DNA of 34,501 nucleotides from a virus (Duplodnaviria > Caudoviricetes), in IMG/VR virus record IMGVR_UViG_3300032232_000231, positions 1-34,501 of that record; one strand, written 5' to 3'. Positions 19,900-29,055 of the stretch are shown piece after piece (the stretch's first letter is position 1; every line of letters begins with the position of its first letter). The notes under the pieces were generated by a model. It made no database searches and was not told where the DNA came from. It saw only the letters and a program-made list of their open reading frames with translations. The position numbers and the translations under genes were made by a program.

Positions 19900-20759
19900 C
19901 ACTTCTTTACGTTGAACCTTCTAAAAAGTTATCAGTTAAATCGCAAATAATAAATTTGCAAAACGAACTATTGAAAATGCCACAATCTGACATAGTTACA
20001 GAACATACATTTTTGCCAGGTATTTATGAACGAAAAATAACTATTCCAGCATGGACAGTATTAACCGGTGCAGAACATAAAACCGGTTATACGGTTCGGT
20101 TAGAAAAAGGAACAATTGCCGTAAACGTTGAAGATAGCGTAAAAATATTGACCGCACCTATGGAATTTGAATCAAAACCAGGTGCCCAGCGTGTAGGGCG
20201 TGTTTTTGAAGAAGAAGTTATTTGGACTGATGTATATGAAAACCCTGATAATTGCCAAGATTTAGATATATTGGAAGAAAGACTGTTTGTTGTTCCTGAA
20301 TGTGGATTGCAAGATAACAGGGTTAAAAAGCAATTAAAAGAAATTCAAGAAAATTACAAGCTTTTTTGTGAAGAACTTGGCCTAAATCAACAAGAAATTG
20401 ATAAAATAGTATCAATTACAAGTGATTTGATGGATATGCCTAAAGAATATTTTACTGAAATTAGGCAATCAAAAATTCATGGTAAAGGTTTGTTTGCTAC
20501 AAAAAGTTTTAAAATGTGGGATGTGGTTTGCCCTTGTCGTTTAGATGGAAAGCGCACCCCTGGCGGTAGATATGTTAATCATTCAAATAAGCAAAATTTA
20601 ATGCCAATTAAAATTGGTGATGATATTTATGCAGTTGCTTGTAAAGATATTTACCAAAACGAAGAATTGTTATTAGATTATCGTTCTATGGTTCGTATTA
20701 ATTTTGGTATTACGTTAAAAGGGGAACTTCCATGTCAGCCGGAGTATCAAGCACAGTAA
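19896..20759 (+). CDS. Cupin-like domain fused to a SET-domain (lysine methyltransferase-like) protein
   Basis: C-terminal SKIHGKGLFA, RYVNHS and EELLLDY are SET motifs; N-terminal HTF.PGIY.R.I.IP....LTG..HK. Confidence 0.8.
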   Translation: MTLLYVEPSKKLSVKSQIINLQNELLKMPQSDIVTEHTFLPGIYERKITIPAWTVLTGAEHKTGYTVRLEKGTIAVNVEDSVKILTAPMEFESKPGAQRVGRVFEEEVIWTDVYENPDNCQDLDILEERLFVVPECGLQDNRVKKQLKEIQENYKLFCEELGLNQQEIDKIVSITSDLMDMPKEYFTEIRQSKIHGKGLFATKSFKMWDVVCPCRLDGKRTPGGRYVNHSNKQNLMPIKIGDDIYAVACKDIYQNEELLLDYRSMVRINFGITLKGELPCQPEYQAQ

Positions 20760-21409
20760 TAGCTGGAACAATTATTGGCGGTGCCATGATAGGTAGCGCA
20801 TATATGTCATCCCAGGCCGCTGGAAAAGCGGGGGATGCTTATGGTAGGGCGGCCCAACAAGGCATCGATTACAACAAACAAATGTATGGCAATGTTCTTG
20901 AACAAAATCAACCATACATGGATGTAGGGCAAAAAGGTTTAAATCTTTATGGTCAATTAGCCGATACCGGTTATTTAACCGCCCAGCCATCAATGAACGA
21001 TTTAACTCGTTTAATGCCAAATTATCAATTTGGTTTGCAACAGGGTCAAGGCCAATTAAATTCACAACTCAATGCGGCTGGTGGTTTAGTTAGCGGAAAT
21101 GCTATTCAAGGTGGTCAACAATTTGCCCAGGGTTATGCTGGAAATGCTTTAGCTGATGCTTTTAATCAATACCAAGTCAATCGTTCAAACGTAGTTAGTA
21201 ACGTAAATGCCTTAACTGGTGTTGGCCAAAATGCCAATCAAACAGTAGCCAATATGGCTGGTGGCACTTCTGCAAACGTTGGAAATCAACTTTCAAGCAT
21301 TGGAAATGCACAAGCTTCTTCAATTATGGGTCAAGCCAATGCGTATTCAGGCGCATTAAACAATTTAAGTAACTATGCCATGTTGTACGGCATGAAAAAG
21401 ATGGGTTAA
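20732..21409 (+). CDS. DNA ejection protein (P22 gp7-like)
   Basis: Hydrophobic G/A N-terminus; QPY...G and P.YQF..QQG motifs; Q/N/G/A-rich. Confidence 0.75.
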   Translation: MSAGVSSTVIAGTIIGGAMIGSAYMSSQAAGKAGDAYGRAAQQGIDYNKQMYGNVLEQNQPYMDVGQKGLNLYGQLADTGYLTAQPSMNDLTRLMPNYQFGLQQGQGQLNSQLNAAGGLVSGNAIQGGQQFAQGYAGNALADAFNQYQVNRSNVVSNVNALTGVGQNANQTVANMAGGTSANVGNQLSSIGNAQASSIMGQANAYSGALNNLSNYAMLYGMKKMG

Positions 21410-21411
21410 TT

Positions 21412-22845
21412 ATGGCCGCACAATTTACCGCAGATTTAAACCCCAAAAATACTGGTATGTCACTTGGTGACATGATGAAGATGGGCCTTTATTCGGCCGA
21501 AACTGAAATTCTTAATAGACAAGCCCAAGTAGCCAGGGAAAAAGAAAAAGAACTTCCATTAGTTCAATCTTGGGCAAAATCCAAAGAAAATTTATTGCCG
21601 GATGGCAGTTATGATTTAAAACAGTTGCCAGCATTAATTGCTATGGCACCTATTACTGGTCCTGAATTTGCTAAAAACATTGTTGATTTGACTAAAAATC
21701 ACATTGAAACCAACAAAGCTTTAAATCAATTATCAGAAGATAATCGTAAACCTTTTGCTTCTATTTATGGCAATTATGGCCAAATAGCGGCAAACGGGCA
21801 ACCAGTTACAGGCGGCGAAGTAATTCAATCTTTAGAAAGATTAAAAGAGTTTTACCCACAATTAGCCCAAGCCGCTGATGGACAAATTAGAGGATGGAAA
21901 GCCAGGCCATTAGATCAACCAGTTGATCCGCAATCTTTAATGAAAGCCCGTAATGAATCATTAACTCCTACCCAGTTAATTGATCAATTTGCACCTAAAG
22001 CTAGTACCGCAACAATTGGAAACCAACTTGTTGGAACTGTTACGCAACCTTCAGTTCTTGGCGAACAACCTACTGTTTCTACTAGCCCATTGGGTGGTGG
22101 CCAAGGCCAAGTAACACCTACTGCCGTACCACAAGCAAAAGCATTGCCTAAATTGGTTCAAGAAGATACAACCATGAATTATGCTGGCCCAGCTAACCCG
22201 TTAAATCTTAATAAGTTTCAAGAAGAAGCTTACGCAAAAGGCAAAGCAAACGTTATTGAATCTAATATGGCGGTTAAATCTGTTAAAGATTTGCAGTTGG
22301 CCGTAGATAAAGTAGAACAATACATGGGTAGTGCAAGTGGTGCAAAAGCATACCAAATGGTTCAATCCGGTGGTAAATATGTATTTGGTAATTCAGATTT
22401 AGATGCCCTTGTTAAAAACATTGCCCAAGTTCAAGCTAGAAATGCGGCAGTTATGGGATTGGATAAAACTGATTCTTCCCGTGAACTTAATGCCAAACTT
22501 TCCGGTAGTGAAAAGATTGATGAAAAAGCCCTTGCTGGAGTAATGCAACAAGTTAAAGCAGAAGCCAAAGCGGCAGAACTTTACACCAATGGCGTTAATA
22601 AGTTTGTTGAAAAACGTGGTGACGTTAACGGTTATATCCAACAACAAAAATTCCAAAACAAATGGGCAGAACATTATGATCCACGTATTTTCCAAATTGA
22701 TGGAATCGCTGAATCTAAATTGCCTGAAACTGAAAAACAAGCAAAAATTGATCAAATTACGGGCAGAATGAGTGAATCGCAGTTTAAGAAATACAAAGAA
22801 GATTCAGTCATTATTCACCGTTTATCTAAAGGTTTATATCAATAA
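21412..22845 (+). CDS. DNA ejection protein (gp20 position)
   Basis: Second of three coupled large helical ORFs after the tail genes. Confidence 0.6.
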   Translation: MAAQFTADLNPKNTGMSLGDMMKMGLYSAETEILNRQAQVAREKEKELPLVQSWAKSKENLLPDGSYDLKQLPALIAMAPITGPEFAKNIVDLTKNHIETNKALNQLSEDNRKPFASIYGNYGQIAANGQPVTGGEVIQSLERLKEFYPQLAQAADGQIRGWKARPLDQPVDPQSLMKARNESLTPTQLIDQFAPKASTATIGNQLVGTVTQPSVLGEQPTVSTSPLGGGQGQVTPTAVPQAKALPKLVQEDTTMNYAGPANPLNLNKFQEEAYAKGKANVIESNMAVKSVKDLQLAVDKVEQYMGSASGAKAYQMVQSGGKYVFGNSDLDALVKNIAQVQARNAAVMGLDKTDSSRELNAKLSGSEKIDEKALAGVMQQVKAEAKAAELYTNGVNKFVEKRGDVNGYIQQQKFQNKWAEHYDPRIFQIDGIAESKLPETEKQAKIDQITGRMSESQFKKYKEDSVIIHRLSKGLYQ

Positions 22846-25232
22846 TGGCTGATACTACTTATGACGAGGAATTAGACCTTGTTCCAGGGCTTAAATACCT
22901 AAAGAATAAGTTTGTAAGCGTTATGGCCGCACCAAAAGATTTGGATAATGCGCCGGCTATTCCAATGCAAAAAATAGATTTAGAACGTTTAGACCCAAAG
23001 TTAAAAGAACGTATTGATATGGCCAGCCGGGATTGGATGGCTAATAAAGAATTAAACCCAAAAGGCGAACCATTTCCAATTACTAGCGGATTTCGTGAAA
23101 CACCACAACAAGCATCATTATTTGCTAATAAAGCATCAAATCCTAATTTAGTTGCGCCGCCTGGTTTTAGCAGTCATGAAAAAGGGTTTGGAATTGATAT
23201 TCTTCCCCATGTTCCTGATACTTTTTTAGCTAGTTATGGATTGCACAGACCACATGGCAAAAAAGACCCAGTTCACGTAGAAATTAATCCTAATGTTGAT
23301 TTTCAGTCAACAATGGATTTAACCGGTGATGAAGATTTAGGCGTACCAGGAATGAAATATACAAGCCGCCAAGGCGTGTATCAGCCAACCACTAAAGAAG
23401 CTATTAGCAGTCAGTTTGAAGGGCTTAAAAGTGATTTAACCAGTTCTGATTACTACACTAATACATTACCTAAACAAGTTGCCGCATTAGGTGACGTTGT
23501 TTATGGTGCGGTACCAGCCGCAGTTAAGTTTGTAGGCGAACCGTTTGCCAAGCTAATTGATAAGCTAGGCGATACAAAAATAGCAACTGAAGCCCTAGAT
23601 AAAGTTACCCAGTTTGCAGACCGTCCTATTGGTAAAGCTTTTGGCATTACTAATGATCCAGCATACAACGCCGAAGCCGCTAATCGTATGATGGATTACA
23701 TTGGCAAAAACATGGATAAAGGCGCAGATTACCTTGCCAAAGAAACTGGATTACCTAAATCTGATGTTTCTTGGTTTATGAACGCCGCTATGATTGCCGC
23801 CGCACCGGCCGCCGCACGTACTGGTAAAAAAGTTTATGAAACTGGTGCAGAAGTGTTGCCTAAAGCTGGTGCAGAACTTAAAGCGCAATATGAAACCGTT
23901 AAAGGTAAAGTTGAAGAAAAATTCCCAAGTTTAAAAGGGGAAGAAAACCCTAATTTGCGTAGCGTAGGTGCCGCTGAATTAAGTGCTGGCCAATTGCGCC
24001 AAGCTAAAGCCCGTGAATTGCTTGATCCAATTGATTTATCCCGTGATCAATACACCAGGAATTTTGCTGATGTTAACTATGCACGTGAAAAAGCTAAAGA
24101 TGCCGTTACTGGTGAACCAATACGTCAAAAGTATGCCCAAGACAATGAAAAGCTTATTAACAATTTAAATCTAGAAGTTGAAGCTACTGGTGCCCAAAAA
24201 ACAGGCATGGACCGTAGCCAATTAGGTGAAGAATTTGTTGCCGTTACTAATGCTTATAAACAAATACGTAAACAAGCAAAAGATGATGCTTATACGGCCG
24301 CTGATGTTGCCGGTGAAACTTTACAACAAGTTCCATATCAGCCTATTCTTAATTACATTGAAAACATTAAGACTAAACGGCCTACCCAATATGATCAAAA
24401 TCCCATCTTAAAAATGGTGGAAGAAGATTTAAAAGCCAATGATCCCAATAAAGCTGGATCAGTCAATTTACGTCAATTAGAAGATGTACGGGCATTAATC
24501 AATGCTGAAACTGAATTTGGCACTTCAAACGGCTTTCATGGTGGCAAAATTAAATCTGAAATTGATGCAATTACCAAAGATGCTGGTGGCACTTTGTATC
24601 AAGAAGCTAGAGCATTAAATAATCGTTACATGAAAGAGTTTGAAGAAACCCCAGCAATTTCTAACATTACCGCCCTTAAAAAAGGTTTAACTGAACGTAG
24701 GGTTCCTATTGAAACATTAGTAGAAGATTCAATGTTAAAAGGACCACGTTCTAGGGTAGAAGAAATATTTAAAACACTTGAAAAAGCTGGTCCTGAAGGT
24801 GAAGCAATGATTGCTGAATTACGTGGCGTAGTTGCAGAACAAATTATGGCTGAAGCTACTAAAGGCGTTGGCCGGGATATTCTTGGCAACCCAATTGTTA
24901 ATCCAACTGGTTTAAATAATATTATTACCAAACTTGATAAATCAGGAAAACTTGATCTTATTTTTGGCAAACAAGGTGCTGAACGTTATAGAACACTTAA
25001 AGACGTTGCAATTGATGTTAAAACCGTACCTGAAGGTTCTGTTAACTATTCCGGTACCGTAGCTGGCCTTAAAAATATGGCGGCTCAAATTGCTACTGAT
25101 ACCGCAACTTCTGCATTAGCTGGATTTCCAGCACCAGTTACAACAATTGGAACTATGATTTACAAAAGTCAAAAAAACAAAAAAGAATTAAACAAAATAA
25201 ATGAATTCCTAAATTACGGTAAGGAAAGATAA
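22845..25232 (+). CDS. DNA ejection protein (gp16 position) with N-terminal M15-family peptidoglycan peptidase
   Basis: ITSGFR...Q, VAPPGFSSHEKGFGID (SxHxxGxxxD) and DPVHVE; long helical remainder. Confidence 0.75.
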   Translation: MADTTYDEELDLVPGLKYLKNKFVSVMAAPKDLDNAPAIPMQKIDLERLDPKLKERIDMASRDWMANKELNPKGEPFPITSGFRETPQQASLFANKASNPNLVAPPGFSSHEKGFGIDILPHVPDTFLASYGLHRPHGKKDPVHVEINPNVDFQSTMDLTGDEDLGVPGMKYTSRQGVYQPTTKEAISSQFEGLKSDLTSSDYYTNTLPKQVAALGDVVYGAVPAAVKFVGEPFAKLIDKLGDTKIATEALDKVTQFADRPIGKAFGITNDPAYNAEAANRMMDYIGKNMDKGADYLAKETGLPKSDVSWFMNAAMIAAAPAAARTGKKVYETGAEVLPKAGAELKAQYETVKGKVEEKFPSLKGEENPNLRSVGAAELSAGQLRQAKARELLDPIDLSRDQYTRNFADVNYAREKAKDAVTGEPIRQKYAQDNEKLINNLNLEVEATGAQKTGMDRSQLGEEFVAVTNAYKQIRKQAKDDAYTAADVAGETLQQVPYQPILNYIENIKTKRPTQYDQNPILKMVEEDLKANDPNKAGSVNLRQLEDVRALINAETEFGTSNGFHGGKIKSEIDAITKDAGGTLYQEARALNNRYMKEFEETPAISNITALKKGLTERRVPIETLVEDSMLKGPRSRVEEIFKTLEKAGPEGEAMIAELRGVVAEQIMAEATKGVGRDILGNPIVNPTGLNNIITKLDKSGKLDLIFGKQGAERYRTLKDVAIDVKTVPEGSVNYSGTVAGLKNMAAQIATDTATSALAGFPAPVTTIGTMIYKSQKNKKELNKINEFLNYGKER

Positions 25233-25975
25233 TGGCAAGCGTACTTCTATCCCCAGTTGGCAATGGCCAGCAATTTTTTAACAATAGCGGCACACCCAAT
25301 GCTGGTGGATTGATTTATACCTACCAAGCTGGTTCTAGCACGTTATTGACTACTTACACAACTGTAAACGGCAATATTGCTAATACAAACCCTATTGTTT
25401 TGGATGCTTATGGCCGTACTCCAAGTGAAATTTGGATGCAAACTGGGTATAGCTATAAGTTTGTTATTCAAACTTCTGCCGCCGTTACTTTGCAAACTTT
25501 AGATAATTTATATCCAATATTGCAAAATGCCCCAGCAAGCGCACCCACCCTTCCAACTGGCGCAATTATTCTTTGGTCAGGCAGTTTAGGTTCTGTTCCT
25601 AGTGGATATGTTCTTTGCGATGGTACAAATTCAACCCCGGATTTACGTGACCGTTTTGTTATTGGTGCCGGTTCTACTTATTCCGTAGCGGCAACTGGTG
25701 GTTCTGCCGATGCAATTGTTGTAACGCATACACATACTGCAACTTCAACTGTTACAGACCCAGGCCATACTCATGGCTTTTCAAGGTCAGAAGGATATGC
25801 AGTTGGTGTAAGCAATCCGGCTGGCAATGGTTCACCTAATCAAACATTTACTGCCAATACAAATTCAAATACAACTGGAATTACTGTTGCTACAACCAAT
25901 GCTAACGCCGGAACAAGTGGAACCAATGCTAACCTTCCACCATACTACGCATTAGCGTACATCATGAAAACATAA
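25232..25975 (+). CDS. Tail fibre with N-terminal virion-attachment domain and tail collar domain
   Basis: QFF...GGLIYTY.AG...NTNPIVLD.YGR; PTGAIILWSG...GYVLCDG...TPDLRDRF; NLPPYYALAYIMK. Confidence 0.8.
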   Translation: MASVLLSPVGNGQQFFNNSGTPNAGGLIYTYQAGSSTLLTTYTTVNGNIANTNPIVLDAYGRTPSEIWMQTGYSYKFVIQTSAAVTLQTLDNLYPILQNAPASAPTLPTGAIILWSGSLGSVPSGYVLCDGTNSTPDLRDRFVIGAGSTYSVAATGGSADAIVVTHTHTATSTVTDPGHTHGFSRSEGYAVGVSNPAGNGSPNQTFTANTNSNTTGITVATTNANAGTSGTNANLPPYYALAYIMKT

Positions 25976-25986
25976 TGGAAGTTACT

Positions 25987-26214
25987 ATGTTTGAAATTGA
26001 CCCGGTGAAGTATGGGGTTCTATGGCAAAAAGTAGAATCTTATGAAGAAAAGTTTGACGATATGTCAAAGAAAATGGATAAGATGGAAGCCAATATAGAA
26101 AAGCTTTTGGAAAACCAAGCCCAACAAAAAGGGGCTAGTTGGTTAGCTATTGGCATATTGACCGCATTAAGTACCCTAGGCGGCTGGGCAGTTCATTGGT
26201 TCACCAATAAATAG
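25987..26214 (+). CDS. Coiled-coil plus C-terminal TM protein (holin/haemolysin-like)
   Basis: Heptads followed by one hydrophobic helix; lysis region. Alternative start 25975. Confidence 0.55.
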   Translation: MFEIDPVKYGVLWQKVESYEEKFDDMSKKMDKMEANIEKLLENQAQQKGASWLAIGILTALSTLGGWAVHWFTNK

Positions 26215-26238
26215 GATGGTGTAAGAAAGTGAACCGCA

Positions 26239-26691
26239 ATGTCAGACCCATACGGAATAACAGAAGGGGTAAAAACTCTTTCCGGTAGCCTTGATGCGAC
26301 TAGGGAAGCTAGTAAAGGTTTATCTAAAAGTATTGAAAACATTCAGCATGATGGGTTAGAAGTAGCCCAAAAACAAGCTAATGAACGTATTAGGGCCAGG
26401 CGTGAAGCAGAGTTTAAGAAAGAACAAGCATTAATAAAAGCATTAAAACAATGGCAACATAACAAACAAATAAGCGATGAAGAAGCAAAACTAAAGATAG
26501 ATTTTGTTAAGAAGTATGGTGCTAAAGAGTGGGAAGCAGTATTAAAGATTAAAGTGGATATTGAAAATATACGCAAAAAAGATAATGAAGAATATCAACA
26601 TGATTTAAAGGCAGTCAAACGGGTACAGTTTTATTGTTTTGCGTTTGCCGCAGTTATCGCTTGGTATGCTACTTGGGGATATAAGTGGTGA
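26239..26691 (+). CDS. Coiled-coil protein with C-terminal membrane anchor
   Basis: Charged helix, then FYCFAFAAVIAWYATWGY. Confidence 0.6.
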   Translation: MSDPYGITEGVKTLSGSLDATREASKGLSKSIENIQHDGLEVAQKQANERIRARREAEFKKEQALIKALKQWQHNKQISDEEAKLKIDFVKKYGAKEWEAVLKIKVDIENIRKKDNEEYQHDLKAVKRVQFYCFAFAAVIAWYATWGYKW

Positions 26692-26774
26692 ATGATGATT
26701 TTGACACTTTAATGTGGGCATGGGTAGTAGCTACGGGGTGGATAGCGTTTGGATTTTATGTTTATTACAATTAG
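26688..26774 (+). CDS. Possible 28-aa single-TM peptide (MNDDFDTLMWAWVVATGWIAFGFYVYYN)
   Basis: GTGA overlap with the upstream stop; hydrophobic. Confidence 0.35.
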   Translation: MNDDFDTLMWAWVVATGWIAFGFYVYYN

Positions 26775-26813
26775 TTACTTATCTTTTTGTTTTAGTTATT
26801 GGGGGTCAATATC

Positions 26814-27218
26814 ATGTTTGGCATAGACGATATTATTGGTGCTGGTTTAAAAATCATTGACAAAGTTATTCCTGATCCCCAGGCCAAGGCGGCCGCCCAA
26901 TTAGAACTGCAAAGATTAGCTAATGACGGCCACCTGGCTGAACTTCAAGCTGATATGAATGAACAAAACAACGTGTCAGACCGTTGGAAAGCGGATTTAG
27001 GTAGTGACAGTTGGTTATCTAAAAATGTACGTCCTATGACCCTTGTAGCCCTTTTAGTGGCTTATTTTATATTTGCCACGGCTTCTGCTTTTGAAATTAT
27101 TGTTAAGCCCGAATACGTAAATCTGTTAGGTCAGATGATTATGCTTATTGTGTCGGCCTATTTTGGTGGCCGCACCCTAGAAAAAATAATGAGCATGAAA
27201 GCTAAAAATGATAAATAA
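26814..27218 (+). CDS. Holin (GTA 3TM-holin-like)
   Basis: IIDKVIPDP, RW.AD..SDSWL.KNVRP and YFGGRTLEK motifs. Confidence 0.8.
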   Translation: MFGIDDIIGAGLKIIDKVIPDPQAKAAAQLELQRLANDGHLAELQADMNEQNNVSDRWKADLGSDSWLSKNVRPMTLVALLVAYFIFATASAFEIIVKPEYVNLLGQMIMLIVSAYFGGRTLEKIMSMKAKNDK

Positions 27219-27438
27219 AGAATCAGTTCCAGGGTTTGTAACTGTTTGCGTAACCCTTACTTTATGTGTAGTTGTTCTTGGTATGGTGGGCACAATGGCC
27301 GCCGGTATGTTTGATGCAGACATTAGTAATGACAAAATATTTGAAGCCATTACCCCAGCATTTCAAACCATTATTGGTGGATTTATTGGATTAATTACAG
27401 GGATAAAAATAGGGCAAGATAGTAAAGATGACGAATGA
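27208..27438 (+). CDS. Two-TM membrane protein (lysis accessory)
   Basis: Two hydrophobic helices; PAFQTIIGGFIGL; overlaps holin and endolysin. Confidence 0.6.
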   Translation: MINKESVPGFVTVCVTLTLCVVVLGMVGTMAAGMFDADISNDKIFEAITPAFQTIIGGFIGLITGIKIGQDSKDDE

Positions 27439-28027
27439 TCAATTAAAAGCTTTAGGCCTGGGTGAACAATGGCTTGATCCATTAAATGAAACGTTTGATA
27501 AATACCAAATTAATACGCCACAACGCCAGGCGTGTTTCCTAGGTCAAACCCTTCACGAATCCGGCAACTTTAAATTTACCCGTGAAAACCTAAATTATTC
27601 TGCTAAAGCATTAATGGCAACTTGGCCAAGCCGGTTTCCTAGTTTAGATATTGCAACGCAATATGAACGCCAACCTGAAAAAATAGCCAGTAAAGTATAT
27701 GTTGGGCGTATGGGAAATACTACCCCGGAAGAAGCCGCCGCTTATATTGGACGGGGATTAATCCAATGTACCGGTAAAGAGAACTATACGCATTGTGGGG
27801 AAGCTTTAGGTATAGACTTGATAGGTAGCCCCCATCTTTTGGAAGAACCTCGTTACGCCGTGTTATCGGCTGGGTGGTTTTGGAACAAAAAAGGGTTAAA
27901 TGCCCTGGCTGATGAAGGCACAAAAGATTCTTTTGAAGTAATGACTAAACGCATTAACGGTGGCTTATTAGGTTTAGATGACCGAAAAGCTAAAATGAAT
28001 GAAGCACTTAAAGCACTAGGGGCATAA
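27428..28027 (+). CDS. Endolysin, glycoside hydrolase family 19 (chitinase-like)
   Basis: FLGQTLHESG, ENLNYS, Y.GRGLIQ.TG..NY, SAGWFW and TKRINGG motifs. Confidence 0.93.
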   Translation: MTNDQLKALGLGEQWLDPLNETFDKYQINTPQRQACFLGQTLHESGNFKFTRENLNYSAKALMATWPSRFPSLDIATQYERQPEKIASKVYVGRMGNTTPEEAAAYIGRGLIQCTGKENYTHCGEALGIDLIGSPHLLEEPRYAVLSAGWFWNKKGLNALADEGTKDSFEVMTKRINGGLLGLDDRKAKMNEALKALGA

Positions 28028-28028
28028 A

Positions 28029-28187
28029 ATGCACAACGAAAAACACGAAGAAATTGAATCAAAAGCAATGCAAAAAAAAGAAGATAAGCAAATGATGCAA
28101 TTGCGTAGCGGTGTTTTTGAACTTAAACGTGAACTAAAAAAACATGAGGGTAAGCCTATGAATAAGGCCCACCCTATGAAGAAATAG
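28029..28187 (+). CDS. Small basic protein, 52 aa (MHNEKHEEIE...AHPMKK)
   Basis: Not in the ORF track; starts 1 nt after the endolysin stop and abuts the convergent gene. Confidence 0.6.
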   Translation: MHNEKHEEIESKAMQKKEDKQMMQLRSGVFELKRELKKHEGKPMNKAHPMKK

Positions 28188-28391
28188 TTATTTAATACGG
28201 GCTACTTTAGCCCTACGCAATACTTGTTCGTATTGTTCTTTGGCCATGTCATCTAATCTACGTAATGGTAGATTTTGAAAATATGACCATTTATCTTTGT
28301 ATTCTTGAAGTTCTGAAGGCGGCACCCAGCCAGTTAACCGCCATCTAATTGTTATATCTGTACCGCTAGTGGTCCAAATGTGTTCATTCAT
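28188..28391 (-). CDS. Hypothetical protein
   Basis: AAGGGG RBS; TDITIRWRLTGWVPPSE motif. Confidence 0.7.
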   Translation of the reverse strand: MNEHIWTTSGTDITIRWRLTGWVPPSELQEYKDKWSYFQNLPLRRLDDMAKEQYEQVLRRAKVARIK

Positions 28392-28400
28392 GCTTACCCC

Positions 28401-28859
28401 TTAATACTTATATTTAGGCATACAAGTAACTTCAACTGGAATATCTGCACTAAAGCCATTAATTGAACGTTTAGTGGTTATTACATGGGCACGTAGGCCA
28501 GCACCTTCACATTCTGTAACGCCGTTAATAACTTCATTCCTAGTCAATCCAGCAACTTGTTTATCTAATACTAATTGCTGGCTTGGGGCTTGTCCATATA
28601 CGGTGCCAGTAGTGCCTGAAGTGCTACTGCAACCCGTCAAAAAAACTACAAAAATAACAAAACCAACAAACATTAAGCCAGTAAATACTTCATTGGCTAT
28701 TTTTTTAAACTTCTTAATTTTGCGTTGTTTATCTTCCCAAACCAAAAGCTTGTTATATTCTTCACGATCCCCCCAACCCTTATCCACCATACGTTGTAGG
28801 TTTTCTTGTTTAGCCTGGTAAGCCCAATAAGCTTGTTCTTGTTTTTGTTCTTGGTTCAT
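28401..28859 (-). CDS. Putative lipoprotein
   Basis: Hydrophobic stretch ending in lipobox FLTG-C; two further Cys; ATG at 28859 with AAAGGGA RBS. Confidence 0.6.
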   Translation of the reverse strand: MNQEQKQEQAYWAYQAKQENLQRMVDKGWGDREEYNKLLVWEDKQRKIKKFKKIANEVFTGLMFVGFVIFVVFLTGCSSTSGTTGTVYGQAPSQQLVLDKQVAGLTRNEVINGVTECEGAGLRAHVITTKRSINGFSADIPVEVTCMPKYKY

Positions 28860-28877
28860 GTCAATCCCTTTATTTAT

Positions 28878-28930
28878 CACCGCAACATTGCGGTATTGGT
28901 TAATTTACTAAAGATTACTTTACTTGTAAA
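28878..28930 (-). promoter_or_regulatory. Early promoter/operator/5'-hairpin module, copy A
   Basis: TTTACA-17-TAAATT; operator AGTAAAG-TAAT-CTTTAGT; hairpin ACCGCA-ATGT-TGCGGT. Confidence 0.8.
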
Positions 28931-28955
28931 GCGTAATAGTGCAACTAAACAACGG

Positions 28956-29045
28956 AAGGCGTGAATTTGGCAACCACTACAAATTGGGTGGAAACTGGAA
29001 AAAAACCCAATATGTTGCATCCTTCAAGGTCCAGTTAACCGCCTT
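28956..29045 (-). ncRNA. Candidate pseudoknotted structured RNA
   Basis: Nested stems AAGGCG/CGCCTT, GCAAC/GTTGC, ATTGGGT/ACCCAAT, plus a 7-bp loop pairing AACTGGA/TCCAGTT. Confidence 0.5.
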
Positions 29046-29055
29046 TTTAAATGGG

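Noticed and set aside
28026-28041. AAAATGCACAACGAAA shared with 32024-32039 (both proteins start MHNE)
   Set aside because: Short A-rich match with no further similarity; probably chance.
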